A DNA stretch of 45,952 nucleotides from a virus (taxonomy: Duplodnaviria > Caudoviricetes): positions 1 to 45,952 of IMG/VR virus record IMGVR_UViG_3300049139_000096; one strand, given 5' to 3'. The notes beneath the pieces are model-generated. The model was not told where the DNA came from. It made no database searches and saw only the letters and a program-made list of their open reading frames with translations. Both the position numbers and the translations under genes were made by a program. Within the stretch, counting starts at the first letter, position 1. Every line of letters begins with the position of its first letter. Shown in pieces: positions 31,787 to 41,660 of the stretch.

Positions 31787-33456
31787 TGACCAAGCGCGGC
31801 ATCAACCCGAAGACCGGAAAACGGTACGCCTGGGAAGAGGAACAGGCCGCGCTGAAGGCTCAGTCCGTCGATCTGGTGGCCGTCGAGAAGCAGCTTTCGC
31901 TTCTGAAACGCCAGCAGAAAGCGCTCGAAGCCCGTGACGACTTCCTGACTTTCATCAAGTTCACGTCTCCGGATCCCCTTGATCCGAACGACGTCGACAA
32001 GTCCAGCTACAAGGACGCCAAGCACCACCGCGCGATCGCGAAGGTGATCGAGAGCATCATCAAGGGCAAGGTCGACTACACGTTCGTCATTCTCACGATG
32101 CCACCGCGCCACGGAAAGTCTGAACAGGTTTCCCGGCGACTGCCGGCGTGGCTGATGGGGCTTTTCCCGGAGCAGCATGGCGTCGTCGCGACCTATAACG
32201 ACGATTTCGCCGCGGACTTCGGAAAGGATGTGCGCGGCATCATCAAGTCGCACCAGTTCAAGCAGGTATTCCCCAACGCGCAGCTGACACGCGGCGGCGC
32301 GGCTTCCGACAAGCTGCAGACGACCAAGGGTGGCCGATGGGCGTTCGTTGGTCGTGGCGGCGGCCTGACGGGCCAGGGCGCCCATGTGCTGATCTGCGAC
32401 GACCTTATAAAGGACGACAAGGAGGCACAGTCGAAGGCGGTCCGCGACCAGGCGTGGAGTTGGTTCACGAAGGTCGCTATGACCCGTCGTATGGGCCGCA
32501 AGGTCGTCATCCTGACGTTTACGCGCTGGCACAGCGACGATCCGATCGGCCGTCTTACGGATCCGGAAAACCCGCACTACAACCGCAAGATCGCCGAGAA
32601 GATCAAGATTATCAACATCCCGGCGATCGCCGAGGACGACGATCCGCTCGGTCGCGCTATTGGTGAGCCGCTGTGGCCGGATGGCCCCGATAAGTTCGAT
32701 CTGGACTTCCTCGAGGAACAGCAGAGCCTTGACCCGCTCGGCTTTGCTGCGCTGTATCAGCAACGGCCGTCATTGCTCGATGGTGATCTCTTCAAGCGCG
32801 AGGATATCAAGTTTTACGGGCAGGGCACGCCAAACACGCTACCGGAAGATCTCCGGATCTATTGCGCGTCCGACCATGCTGTCGGGACCAATCAGCGTAA
32901 TGACCCGTCTTGCTTCCTGAAGATCGGCATGGACCGAAATAACGACATTTACCTGCTGGAATGTGTCTGGCGGAAGATGAAGACCGACATCGCAGTTGAA
33001 GCGATGCTGACAATGGCCGGCGGCAAGTTCAAGCCGCTGCTGTGGTGGGCGGAAAAGGGGCACATATCGAAGTCGATCGGGCCGTTCCTGAAGAAGCGTA
33101 TGGTGGAAACGGGCACCTACTTCAACATCCGTGAAGTCACGCCGGCATCCGACAAGGTGCAGCGCGCGCAGTCGATTGCCGCTCGCGTTGCCGTGGGCAA
33201 GGTTTACTTCCCGAAGAACGAGCTTTGGACTGAAAAAGCGATCAACGAGATGATGGCTTTCCCCAATGGCACACATGACGACTTTGTCGACACGTTGGCC
33301 TATATCGGGCTTGGCCTACAAAGCCAGTTCGCGCCGGGCAATTCTTCTGCTAAAAAGGAAATCGAAAAACCCGCATTTGGAACTTTGGCCTGGGTTAAAC
33401 TGGCCGATCGATGGGCGAATGAACAGAAGGCCATCAAGCAGGCCGGAGGCTTTTGA
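31786..33456 (+). CDS. terL: terminase large subunit
   Basis: MPPRHGKSE Walker A, LICDD Walker B, TRWH.DD, ALYQQRP, FPNGTHDDFVD. Confidence 0.95.
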   Translation: MTKRGINPKTGKRYAWEEEQAALKAQSVDLVAVEKQLSLLKRQQKALEARDDFLTFIKFTSPDPLDPNDVDKSSYKDAKHHRAIAKVIESIIKGKVDYTFVILTMPPRHGKSEQVSRRLPAWLMGLFPEQHGVVATYNDDFAADFGKDVRGIIKSHQFKQVFPNAQLTRGGAASDKLQTTKGGRWAFVGRGGGLTGQGAHVLICDDLIKDDKEAQSKAVRDQAWSWFTKVAMTRRMGRKVVILTFTRWHSDDPIGRLTDPENPHYNRKIAEKIKIINIPAIAEDDDPLGRAIGEPLWPDGPDKFDLDFLEEQQSLDPLGFAALYQQRPSLLDGDLFKREDIKFYGQGTPNTLPEDLRIYCASDHAVGTNQRNDPSCFLKIGMDRNNDIYLLECVWRKMKTDIAVEAMLTMAGGKFKPLLWWAEKGHISKSIGPFLKKRMVETGTYFNIREVTPASDKVQRAQSIAARVAVGKVYFPKNELWTEKAINEMMAFPNGTHDDFVDTLAYIGLGLQSQFAPGNSSAKKEIEKPAFGTLAWVKLADRWANEQKAIKQAGGF

Positions 33457-35660
33457 TGTATGATTTGACGGACGACACAAGCGGACTACCAGACACCGCG
33501 CCAGCCGGCGGGGTTCTGGACGTCAGCAATCCGGAAATCGCGCCGCGCGATCACGCGCTGGTCGACGACATCAAGCGTCGCATCCGCCAGGACAAGCAGC
33601 ACCACAAGAAGGCCATGAAGCGTATGCAGCGCGACATGCAGGTCGCTATGTGGGGCGCAGACGAAAGCTGGGGCGAGAATAATTACCGCGCCAATATCAT
33701 CGGCCGGCACGTCAAGATGAAGACTGCGGCGCTCTATGCGAAGAACCCCAAAGCCATCGCGCGTCGCCGCGAGACGCTGGACTTCGCGGTGTGGGACGAG
33801 AACCCCGGCGCGTTGCAGATGGCCTTCCAGACGATCCAGCAAGGCATGATGGCAGTCGAGCAGGCCAATGCAATGCAGTCGATGGTTCCGCCTGATCCGA
33901 TGACGGGTATGGTTCCGCAAGTCGAGCCGGAACTGCCGCCTGGCTTCGAGGAAGCGCAGGCGCTGATCGCCGACTTCCAGCAGGGCTACCAGCGCCGACA
34001 GATGCTGACGAAATACGGCAAGACGCTTGAGATCCTGTTTGCGCAGGCGCTTCGCGAACAGAAGCCAGTCGATTTCCGCCGCGGCATGAAGCAGCTGGTG
34101 CGCCGCGCCTGCACAACCGGCGTCGGCTATGTCGAGCTCGGTTTCCAACGCGAGATGGGACCGCGCCCCGGAATGCAGGAAAAGCTGGCTGACGCGCGTG
34201 GCAGGCTCGACCACCTTCGCAATCTGGCCCGACAGGTCGGCACGGACGAGATCCTTCAGGACGACGCCGAGATGGCCGAACTGGAGCATTCGGTCGCGCA
34301 GCTTCAGAGCGAGCCGGAGATTGTGCTTCGCGAAGGTTTGATTGTCGACTTCCCGCAGTCGACGCGCGTCATACCCGATCGTCTGACGAAATACCTGGAC
34401 GGCTTCATCGGGGCCCGACACCTGACGCTTGAGTATTTCTATTCGATCGACGAGGTCATGGAGATCTTCGATGTCGATCTGAAAGGCGCGTACGCCAAAT
34501 ACGATATATCGACGGGCTCTACCCGCGCATTCGGTCCTGACGACACGCTCGACGATGACTACGAATGGGCGCCGCCGGATAAGAAGAAAGACGGGCTTGT
34601 CTGCGTCTGGAAACACTACGACAAGGCGTCCGGCCTCGTCTATTTCGTCGCTGACGGCTACAATGGATTTCTGCGGCAGCCAGCCGCTCCGGACGTTTTC
34701 GTCGAGGACTTCTGGCCCGTCTATGCGCTTACCTTCAACGCCGTCGAGAGCGAAAAGGAACTGTTCCCGCCGTCGGATGTGGCGCTCCTGCTCGACATGC
34801 AGCGCGAGTATAACCGTTCCCGCCAGGGCAAGCGCGAGCACCGCGACGCGGCACGGCCACGCTACGTCTTCGCCAATGGTGCAATCGACGAGGAGGACGC
34901 ATGGTTCCTTCGCAATCTGAAGCCATTCGAAGCGCTCGGCATCAATATGGCTCCGGAAACGAGAATGGCCGACGTCCTGCAGACTGTGCCGGTTCCGGGC
35001 GTCGATCCGAACCTGTACGACACGGGCGAGATCTTCTCCGACATGCAGCTGGTCGGCGGTTCTCAGGAAGCCAACTATGGCGGCGTCGCCAAAGCAACGG
35101 CCACCGAGAGCGCGATCGCTGCCAACTCGACGAACGCTTCGGACGCTTCGGCGATCGACGATCTGGACAGCTTCCTGACCGTCATTGCGCGCGCATCGGG
35201 CCAGATCCTGCAGCGCGAGATGTCGCCGGAGAAGGTCACGGAGATCGTTGGCCCCGGCGCGGTATGGCCGGAAATGTCGCTTGCCGATATCGCGGGTGAA
35301 GTGTTCCTGGAAGTCGAAGCCGGATCGACCGGCAAGCCGAACCAGGCGATCGAGGTCGCCAACCTTCAACGGCTTCTGCCGCTCATTCTTCAGATCCCGG
35401 GCATCGATCCGTCGTGGCTGGCTCGCGAGACGCTGCGCCGCATGGACGATCGTCTGGATCTCACCGAAGCGCTGGCAGCTGGTCTGCCGTCGATCGCTTC
35501 CATGAACCAGCAACAGCAAATTACGGGCGCATCTCCGCAGGATGACCCCAACAATCAGGGAGCGGCCGGAGCGAATAACGCGCCTCGGCCAGCCCGCCCT
35601 AGCGGCTCCGACGCGGCGTTTGGTTCCAACCAGACCGACCCGACGCCGGGTTCGATGTAG
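33456..35660 (+). CDS. portal protein
   Basis: ~735 aa directly after TerL; TATESAI motif typical of podoviral portals. Confidence 0.85.
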   Translation: MYDLTDDTSGLPDTAPAGGVLDVSNPEIAPRDHALVDDIKRRIRQDKQHHKKAMKRMQRDMQVAMWGADESWGENNYRANIIGRHVKMKTAALYAKNPKAIARRRETLDFAVWDENPGALQMAFQTIQQGMMAVEQANAMQSMVPPDPMTGMVPQVEPELPPGFEEAQALIADFQQGYQRRQMLTKYGKTLEILFAQALREQKPVDFRRGMKQLVRRACTTGVGYVELGFQREMGPRPGMQEKLADARGRLDHLRNLARQVGTDEILQDDAEMAELEHSVAQLQSEPEIVLREGLIVDFPQSTRVIPDRLTKYLDGFIGARHLTLEYFYSIDEVMEIFDVDLKGAYAKYDISTGSTRAFGPDDTLDDDYEWAPPDKKKDGLVCVWKHYDKASGLVYFVADGYNGFLRQPAAPDVFVEDFWPVYALTFNAVESEKELFPPSDVALLLDMQREYNRSRQGKREHRDAARPRYVFANGAIDEEDAWFLRNLKPFEALGINMAPETRMADVLQTVPVPGVDPNLYDTGEIFSDMQLVGGSQEANYGGVAKATATESAIAANSTNASDASAIDDLDSFLTVIARASGQILQREMSPEKVTEIVGPGAVWPEMSLADIAGEVFLEVEAGSTGKPNQAIEVANLQRLLPLILQIPGIDPSWLARETLRRMDDRLDLTEALAAGLPSIASMNQQQQITGASPQDDPNNQGAAGANNAPRPARPSGSDAAFGSNQTDPTPGSM

Positions 35661-35728
35661 GTCGTTGTCTGGTATGACTTGCGACAACGGCAGACATGCA
35701 GTATTTCTAACCGTGCAAAGGAGCAAAA

Positions 35729-36721
35729 ATGTCAATTCTGGACGATAACGAAAACGAGTTGGACCCGTCCATCAACTCGGACCTGGACGAACAGACTGTC
35801 GCCGCGCAAGCGGACGCGCAGACTGATGCCGCGGCTTCGTCTCCCGCGACGGGCGAAAATGAAGACAAGGATCTGCTTTCCGTCGTTCGCGACGTCGTCA
35901 AGGAAAGCCGTGAACCGTCTGACCCGGCCTCGCCAGCCACTGCCGAAACTACGGTCGATCCTGAAACCGATCCGGAAGCCAAGAAAGAGGACGACGAGAA
36001 CTTCTCGGACGTTCCCTTCCACAAGCATCCCCGGTTCCAGCAACTACTGCGCGAGCGTAACACGTTCAAGCAGGACGCTGGTCGGTACGACAACACAGTC
36101 AAGTTTCTAGAGGCCAACAACCTCGGCGCAGAAGAAGCTGCCGATGTCCTGGTGGCCGCAGCCTTGGCAAAGACTGACCCGGCAAAGTGCTGGGAACAGA
36201 TCAAGCCTTGGGTGCAACAGGTTCTGGTAGCTGCGGGGGAGGTTCTTCCTCCTGAACTGCAGCAGCGCGTCACTGCCGGCGAGATGAGCCGGGAAGCCGC
36301 GGTCGAACTAAGCCGAGCGAAAGCAAAGGCCAATTCGTACCAGACGCAGCAGTCATTCCGCGAAAAGCAGGACGAGCGTCGCCAACAGGAGGCGCGCGGC
36401 CAGGCAATCGTCGGAGCGGCGGAAAGCTGGGAACAGGAACGTCGTCTGAAAGACCCAAACTTCGGCACGAAAGTGACCGCTATGGCTAAGGAGGTCGCGT
36501 ACCTCCAGCACACGGAAGGAAGGCCGACCACGCCGGAAGGCGTGCGGGAGCAGCTGAACAAGGCCTACAAGAGCGTCAACGAGACGCTTCGGCCCGCACC
36601 AGTGCGCCCGGCTCCACGGCAACCAATCCGACCCGTGACAGGCGGCAACGTCGCAGGAAACCAGCAGCCGGAAAACATGTCTATGGTAGACATAGTGCGC
36701 GCCAACAGGCGTGCCGGCTGA
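35729..36721 (+). CDS. capsid scaffolding protein
   Basis: Acidic disordered N-terminus plus coiled coil, between portal and capsid; AAGGAG RBS. Confidence 0.75.
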   Translation: MSILDDNENELDPSINSDLDEQTVAAQADAQTDAAASSPATGENEDKDLLSVVRDVVKESREPSDPASPATAETTVDPETDPEAKKEDDENFSDVPFHKHPRFQQLLRERNTFKQDAGRYDNTVKFLEANNLGAEEAADVLVAAALAKTDPAKCWEQIKPWVQQVLVAAGEVLPPELQQRVTAGEMSREAAVELSRAKAKANSYQTQQSFREKQDERRQQEARGQAIVGAAESWEQERRLKDPNFGTKVTAMAKEVAYLQHTEGRPTTPEGVREQLNKAYKSVNETLRPAPVRPAPRQPIRPVTGGNVAGNQQPENMSMVDIVRANRRAG

Positions 36722-36745
36722 CTATGAAGTCAGAGGTCTAAAGGA

Positions 36746-37825
36746 ATGGCATTCACAGCCGAAGAACTTTCTAACATCAACAACTCGGCCCTAGAGCACT
36801 TTATCCGCAAGGGCCGCGTCGAACTGCAGAACATCGAAAACAAGCCGATGCTGAAGGCTTTCGATGCGTCTGCAAAAACCTTCCCCGGCGGTAAGGAATA
36901 TGTCTCTGTTGGCGTAGCTTCCGGGCAGGGCGGCGGCTCGCTCGCGGGCTACACCGGTGACGACCAGGTTCCCTACTACAACCCGGTCGGCAACAAGCGC
37001 GCACGTTATCCCTGGCGCGAACACCACATCGGTATGGTTGTCACCCATACCGAACTGAAGAATGACGGGATCGACGTCGTCGAAGACGGCTCCGATCAGG
37101 ACACCCGCGAAATGAGCGGCCGCGAAGAGCATGTCCTTGCGGGCATCCTCGAAAGCAAGATGCAGATGCTCGGCGAGGACTATTCGTCTTCGATGGACAC
37201 TCTCATCCACGGCGACGGTTCTGCCGACGCCAAGGCTCTCGCCGGCATCCGTGCGTTCATTCTGGAGAGCCCATCGGTCGGTACGACCGGCGGTCTTGGG
37301 CGCACAACGAACTCCTGGTGGCGTAACCGCGCCGCGACTGCTGCCAATGCTGCAGCAGGCGGGCAGGGGCCGATTACTTCGGCAGCAGCCAACGGTGGCG
37401 CTCTCATCGAGTTCCTCGAGAAAGAGTGGCTTCAGCTGGCCCGCCGAGTTCAGGGTTCCCCGAACTGGAAGATCTTCGCTGGCTCCGACTTCATTGCGGC
37501 CTACCAGCGCGAGATCCGTTCTAACGGCAGCTACTCGATGACCGGCTTCCAGAGCGGTGTCGACGGTGGCATGGGTGCGCCTACGTTCAAGGGCAAGCCT
37601 CTCGTCTATGATCCAACGCTCGACAACCTTGGCCTGTCCAAGCGCGCGTACATCATCGACATGTCGCCGACCGGGATCCAGCTTTACTACATGCAGGGCA
37701 ATCGCATGAAGAAGCACAACCCGGCTCGTCCTTACGACCGTTACGTGATGTACAACGGCATCACCACAACGGCCGTCATGGTCGCCTCGCGTCTCAACAC
37801 GTCCGCGGTGTATGATATCGCGTAA
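36746..37825 (+). CDS. major capsid protein
   Basis: 359 aa after the scaffold; strongly biased codons; followed by a hairpin. Confidence 0.85.
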   Translation: MAFTAEELSNINNSALEHFIRKGRVELQNIENKPMLKAFDASAKTFPGGKEYVSVGVASGQGGGSLAGYTGDDQVPYYNPVGNKRARYPWREHHIGMVVTHTELKNDGIDVVEDGSDQDTREMSGREEHVLAGILESKMQMLGEDYSSSMDTLIHGDGSADAKALAGIRAFILESPSVGTTGGLGRTTNSWWRNRAATAANAAAGGQGPITSAAANGGALIEFLEKEWLQLARRVQGSPNWKIFAGSDFIAAYQREIRSNGSYSMTGFQSGVDGGMGAPTFKGKPLVYDPTLDNLGLSKRAYIIDMSPTGIQLYYMQGNRMKKHNPARPYDRYVMYNGITTTAVMVASRLNTSAVYDIA

Positions 37826-37835
37826 GACATAGGCT

Positions 37836-37861
37836 GACGGCGCCAGAGCGCCGTCGCTTTC
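37836..37861 (+). terminator. hairpin/terminator after the capsid gene
   Basis: GACGGCGC-CAGA-GCGCCGTC-GCTTTC. Confidence 0.55.
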
Positions 37862-37886
37862 GTCAATCACTCGAAGGAGCACCGAA

Positions 37887-38219
37887 ATGGGCGCTATCGC
37901 TAATGCAAAATTCACACTCGCCGCGGCTGTAGCTAACGCTGCAACCGTAACAATGGCCTATCCGGCCGGTACAACTCAGGCTTCTCTGACGGGCAGCACT
38001 GGCGGATCTGTCATGGTCGGTCAGGACGGCCCGTATCGTCAGGGAGTGGGCGTCGAAATCGCGTTCGGCGCGTCGCTCATCACGATCACCAACAACACCG
38101 GGTTTACCTGGCCTGCTGGTGCAGAACTCATCGCCAGCTTCGGCCGGACCGATATCAACGGTTCGTACAACCTAACCTATCCGAAGCAGATCCAGGACAA
38201 GGTTAACGCCTTGGCCTAA
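37887..38219 (+). CDS. virion structural protein (possible decoration protein)
   Basis: Ala/Gly/Thr-rich beta protein after the MCP; AAGGAG RBS. Confidence 0.6.
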   Translation: MGAIANAKFTLAAAVANAATVTMAYPAGTTQASLTGSTGGSVMVGQDGPYRQGVGVEIAFGASLITITNNTGFTWPAGAELIASFGRTDINGSYNLTYPKQIQDKVNALA

Positions 38220-38227
38220 CCGCCAAG

Positions 38228-38259
38228 AGAACGGGGCTCCGGTCCCGTTCTTCTTTCTT
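38228..38259 (+). terminator. intrinsic terminator
   Basis: AGAACGGGGC-TCCG-GTCCCGTTCT-TCTTTCTT. Confidence 0.7.
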
Positions 38260-38279
38260 GCTAACCAGAGGATATCCCC

Positions 38280-38831
38280 ATGCAAACAGCATCACTGCTT
38301 CTCGCCCTTGGTGGCGATGGAACCATGACCGTTCCGAAATACGGCGTCACGCCAGCCGAGGTTCTGCTTTTGCGGGCCATCCACGGCGAGGAAGCTGTCA
38401 CTGACATCGACATCCAGGACGGAGAAGCCAAGTCGATCGATAACGACGAGAAGAAGCGCACGTCCCGCGAGGAACGCGCCCGGTTGTTCGAACAGTACGC
38501 CAAGGTCACTCCGGACGGCGGAACTAAACTGCCGCAGCTGGACGCACTCTTCCCGGGCGTATCGGCAAAGCTGCCGGAAACCTTCGGTGAACTTGAACTG
38601 GACGACGCCTTCTACAAGGCGGAAGGCCGCAAGACACCTGAAAAGGTCGACGCCGATAACGAAGGCGAGACTTCCTACAAGTTAAAGACGGTTGACCAGT
38701 TGAAGGCACTCGCCGAGGAACGTGAGGTCGATCTCGGCGACGCGAAGAAGAAAGACGACATCATCGCGAAGCTGGAAGAAGCCGATACCGCTGCTGGCGG
38801 TGAAGGCGGCAATCAGAACCTCTTCCAGTAA
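38280..38831 (+). CDS. hypothetical protein with C-terminal HeH/Rho-N-like domain
   Basis: KTVDQLKALAEEREVDLGDAKKKDDIIAKL. Confidence 0.65.
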   Translation: MQTASLLLALGGDGTMTVPKYGVTPAEVLLLRAIHGEEAVTDIDIQDGEAKSIDNDEKKRTSREERARLFEQYAKVTPDGGTKLPQLDALFPGVSAKLPETFGELELDDAFYKAEGRKTPEKVDADNEGETSYKLKTVDQLKALAEEREVDLGDAKKKDDIIAKLEEADTAAGGEGGNQNLFQ

Positions 38832-38843
38832 GGAAACCTGCAC

Positions 38844-39554
38844 ATGGCCCGGAACACGACGCTATCACGGCTGCTCGATATGTACCGGGCCGAGTGCAAG
38901 ATGTCCCTGAATGTCGCGCACAATAACCAGGATCGCGACAGGCAGGTCAACCAACTGCAGATGACGCAGGAGTGGCTGTGGGAAGACTTCGACTGGCCGC
39001 TCCTGCGCGTCGATCGCCAGATCGACCTTGCCTCCGGGCAGCGCTACTACTCCCCACCTGAAGACGTCCACATCGACCGGATAGACCGTGTTGAGGTCTA
39101 TTTCGATGCGGCCTACCAGCGCCTGCATCCCGGCATCGATGACAACCATTACACGGCTTACAACAGCGCGCTTGACCAGAGACAATGGCCGCCGCAGCGC
39201 TGGCGTATCGCCGAGAACGAGCAAATCGAGATCTGGCCTGTCCCTGACGGCGACGCTGATCTTACGACGCTTGAAGGCACCATCCGCATAACGGGCATCC
39301 GTAAGCTCAAGCCTCTCGTAGCTGATGACGACCGCGCCGACCTGGACGACCAGATGATCGTCCTGTGGGCGGCAGCGGAATATCTGGCGTCCACGGGCGA
39401 CAAGGCTGCGAACCTGAAGCTGGAGAAGGCCAAGAGCCGATATGCGAAGCTGCGCGGCGCGCAGATCCCACGCAAGAAGTTCAAGTTGTTTGGCGTCGGC
39501 CAACCCGACAACGTCCGGCGCATTCCGATCGCCGTCTACAACAAGACGGGTTGA
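38844..39554 (+). CDS. head-tail adaptor (tail tubular protein A-like)
   Basis: Size and position; DFDWP, GQRYY.PP, IEIWPVP. Confidence 0.7.
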   Translation: MARNTTLSRLLDMYRAECKMSLNVAHNNQDRDRQVNQLQMTQEWLWEDFDWPLLRVDRQIDLASGQRYYSPPEDVHIDRIDRVEVYFDAAYQRLHPGIDDNHYTAYNSALDQRQWPPQRWRIAENEQIEIWPVPDGDADLTTLEGTIRITGIRKLKPLVADDDRADLDDQMIVLWAAAEYLASTGDKAANLKLEKAKSRYAKLRGAQIPRKKFKLFGVGQPDNVRRIPIAVYNKTG

Positions 39555-39557
39555 TTG

Positions 39558-41660
39558 ATGGGCAATATCTGGATCCGCGAGTTTACAGGTGGGCTTGACA
39601 CCCGTCGTATGAAGGAAACGACTGCGGGCGGCGTCCTTATCAAGGCCAGCAACGGCCATATCTCCCGCGGTGGCGAGTTTGAAAAGCGGGCAGCCTTCGT
39701 TCCGACTTATGCACTCCCCGCGGGCACTGTCGGGATGGCCGAGGGCGCGGACAGCATTTACGTGTTTGGCAGCGGCGCAACGCCTGGCGGTCTTCCGTCC
39801 GGCGTGAAATATCAGCGTCTGCAGCACGCGAATGGGGTCACAGCGCTTTCCCGCATTTTGGCGACGGATCTTTACGCCTCCAAACTGTACGTTGTTGGAG
39901 AGTTCGCAGACGGCTCCATCTTCCACTTCTACGACGGCGTTCGGATAACTAACTGGTATGACGGTCGTGCTCGCGCCTCTTTCCAGGTGACGGGCGGCGT
40001 TGAAGCAACGGCCATCGCGGCGACAGGCTCGTTCGACATAACCGGCGGGACGTCCGATCCGGCGAATACGATCACGGGCGTTCTCGTTGCTGGAGTTAAT
40101 CTCATCGCTGCGCCGGTCCAGCATACAGGCGACAATGCGACGACTGCGATCGCGGTTGCGGCGGCGATCAACGGCTACACGTCCGTTCCCGATTATACCG
40201 CTATCTCCAGCGGAAACCGGGTCATAATTACGGCTACGACGACAGGACCAGCGGCAAACGGGCGTGTGATCGCCACAACGTTGACCGGCGATTTCTCGAC
40301 AGGGAATGTCCTGAACATGGCCGGCGGCTCTACGTCCGAAACATCAGTGCTCGCAGATCTGCAAGTCAACGGCGTGTCGGTCATCGGGGCGCCAGTGCTG
40401 TGGGATACATCAAACGAGGCTACGGCAGCGGCTATCGCGTCGGCCATCAACAGTCATGCGTCCGCGCCCGAATACAGCGCTACGTCTGTAGGCGACAAGG
40501 TCAACATCGTCGCTGCGATAACCGGCGTCGCGGCGAACGGGCGGGCGGTATCCTTCAGTCTTGAAAAAGGCTTCAGCATCACACCTTCCTCCGGCATTGT
40601 TATGGCGAACGGAGCCGTGAACCCGAGCGGCACCTACCAGCCGGGATCTTCCGTAAAAACGGCCGGACGAAAGATGTATTCGACATCGGGCTCGGTGCTG
40701 CACTTCTCGGGCGTCGCAGAGCCTACCAAATGGACGACCGATAACGTCGGGGCGGGCTTTATCGACATGGCCGCCGAAACCTCTGGCGCAGAGCAGCTGC
40801 AAGGTATTGGCGTCTACCAGAACAACCTGGCTGTCTTTGCCGAGCGCGCCATCATCATCGAGTACATCGATCCGGATCCGGCGCTGAACCGGAAAGTCCA
40901 GACGCTCAACAACACCGGCACCCTGGCGCCGCGCAGCATCACGCAATTCGGTGACAGCGATCTGTTCTATCTGGACGCGAGCGGCCTGCGCTCCCTGCGC
41001 GCCCGCGACAGTTCGAACGCAGCGGCCACAACAGATATCGGCGTGCCGATCGACACGCTTGTCATTCAGCAGATCGAGGATCTGACGATCAGCGAACTGC
41101 AGCGCGTGTTCGGTATCATAGAGCCGCGGGATGGCCGGTTCTGGCTCGTCATGAAGGACGTGATATTCGTCTTCTCGTTCTTCAACGGCGCGAAGGTCAG
41201 TGCGTGGTCGACTTACGTTCCAAGCACAATCGTAGATGGGGAGGAAGTACCTTTTGTCGTTGAAGAAGTGGCTGTTTATCGCCGTCGCGTCTATCTGCGC
41301 TCCGGAAACACAATCTACGTTTATGGTGGCTTGTCGAACGTCATCCAATACGACGCGACAGCAGCCGAGGCGTGGCTTCCATACCTCGACGCGAACGACC
41401 CTTCACGCCAAAAGAACTTTACGGGGCTCGATGCTGCGCTCGAGGGTCTGTGGACCGTATCGGTGGCGTTCAAGCCAACGGACGAGAACACCAAAGACGA
41501 AGTCGCGCGGTACTCGGAAACCAGTTTCAACGAGAACCGGACGCCAGGCATTGGCCGGTCGACGCACATAAGCCTGCAGTTCAAGTCTGTCGGCGAGGGG
41601 CCGGCAAAGCTGTCTTCTGCGGTCATCCACTACGAGGGCGATCAAATTGCGGATAAGTAA
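39558..41660 (+). CDS. tail nozzle/stabilization protein (tubular protein B-like) with repeated Ig-like inserts
   Basis: FTGGLD.R N-terminus, beta-propeller-like C-terminus, two internal 'TA.A.A.AIN' repeats. Confidence 0.75.
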   Translation: MGNIWIREFTGGLDTRRMKETTAGGVLIKASNGHISRGGEFEKRAAFVPTYALPAGTVGMAEGADSIYVFGSGATPGGLPSGVKYQRLQHANGVTALSRILATDLYASKLYVVGEFADGSIFHFYDGVRITNWYDGRARASFQVTGGVEATAIAATGSFDITGGTSDPANTITGVLVAGVNLIAAPVQHTGDNATTAIAVAAAINGYTSVPDYTAISSGNRVIITATTTGPAANGRVIATTLTGDFSTGNVLNMAGGSTSETSVLADLQVNGVSVIGAPVLWDTSNEATAAAIASAINSHASAPEYSATSVGDKVNIVAAITGVAANGRAVSFSLEKGFSITPSSGIVMANGAVNPSGTYQPGSSVKTAGRKMYSTSGSVLHFSGVAEPTKWTTDNVGAGFIDMAAETSGAEQLQGIGVYQNNLAVFAERAIIIEYIDPDPALNRKVQTLNNTGTLAPRSITQFGDSDLFYLDASGLRSLRARDSSNAAATTDIGVPIDTLVIQQIEDLTISELQRVFGIIEPRDGRFWLVMKDVIFVFSFFNGAKVSAWSTYVPSTIVDGEEVPFVVEEVAVYRRRVYLRSGNTIYVYGGLSNVIQYDATAAEAWLPYLDANDPSRQKNFTGLDAALEGLWTVSVAFKPTDENTKDEVARYSETSFNENRTPGIGRSTHISLQFKSVGEGPAKLSSAVIHYEGDQIADK

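Noticed and set aside
33486-35735. 749-aa antisense ORF, and similar long antisense ORFs at 29663-31120, 31648-32763, 36791-37915, 38865-40124 and 6482-7528
   Set aside because: Shadow frames of GC-rich, codon-biased genes (portal, lysin, TerL, MCP, helicase); no recognisable motifs
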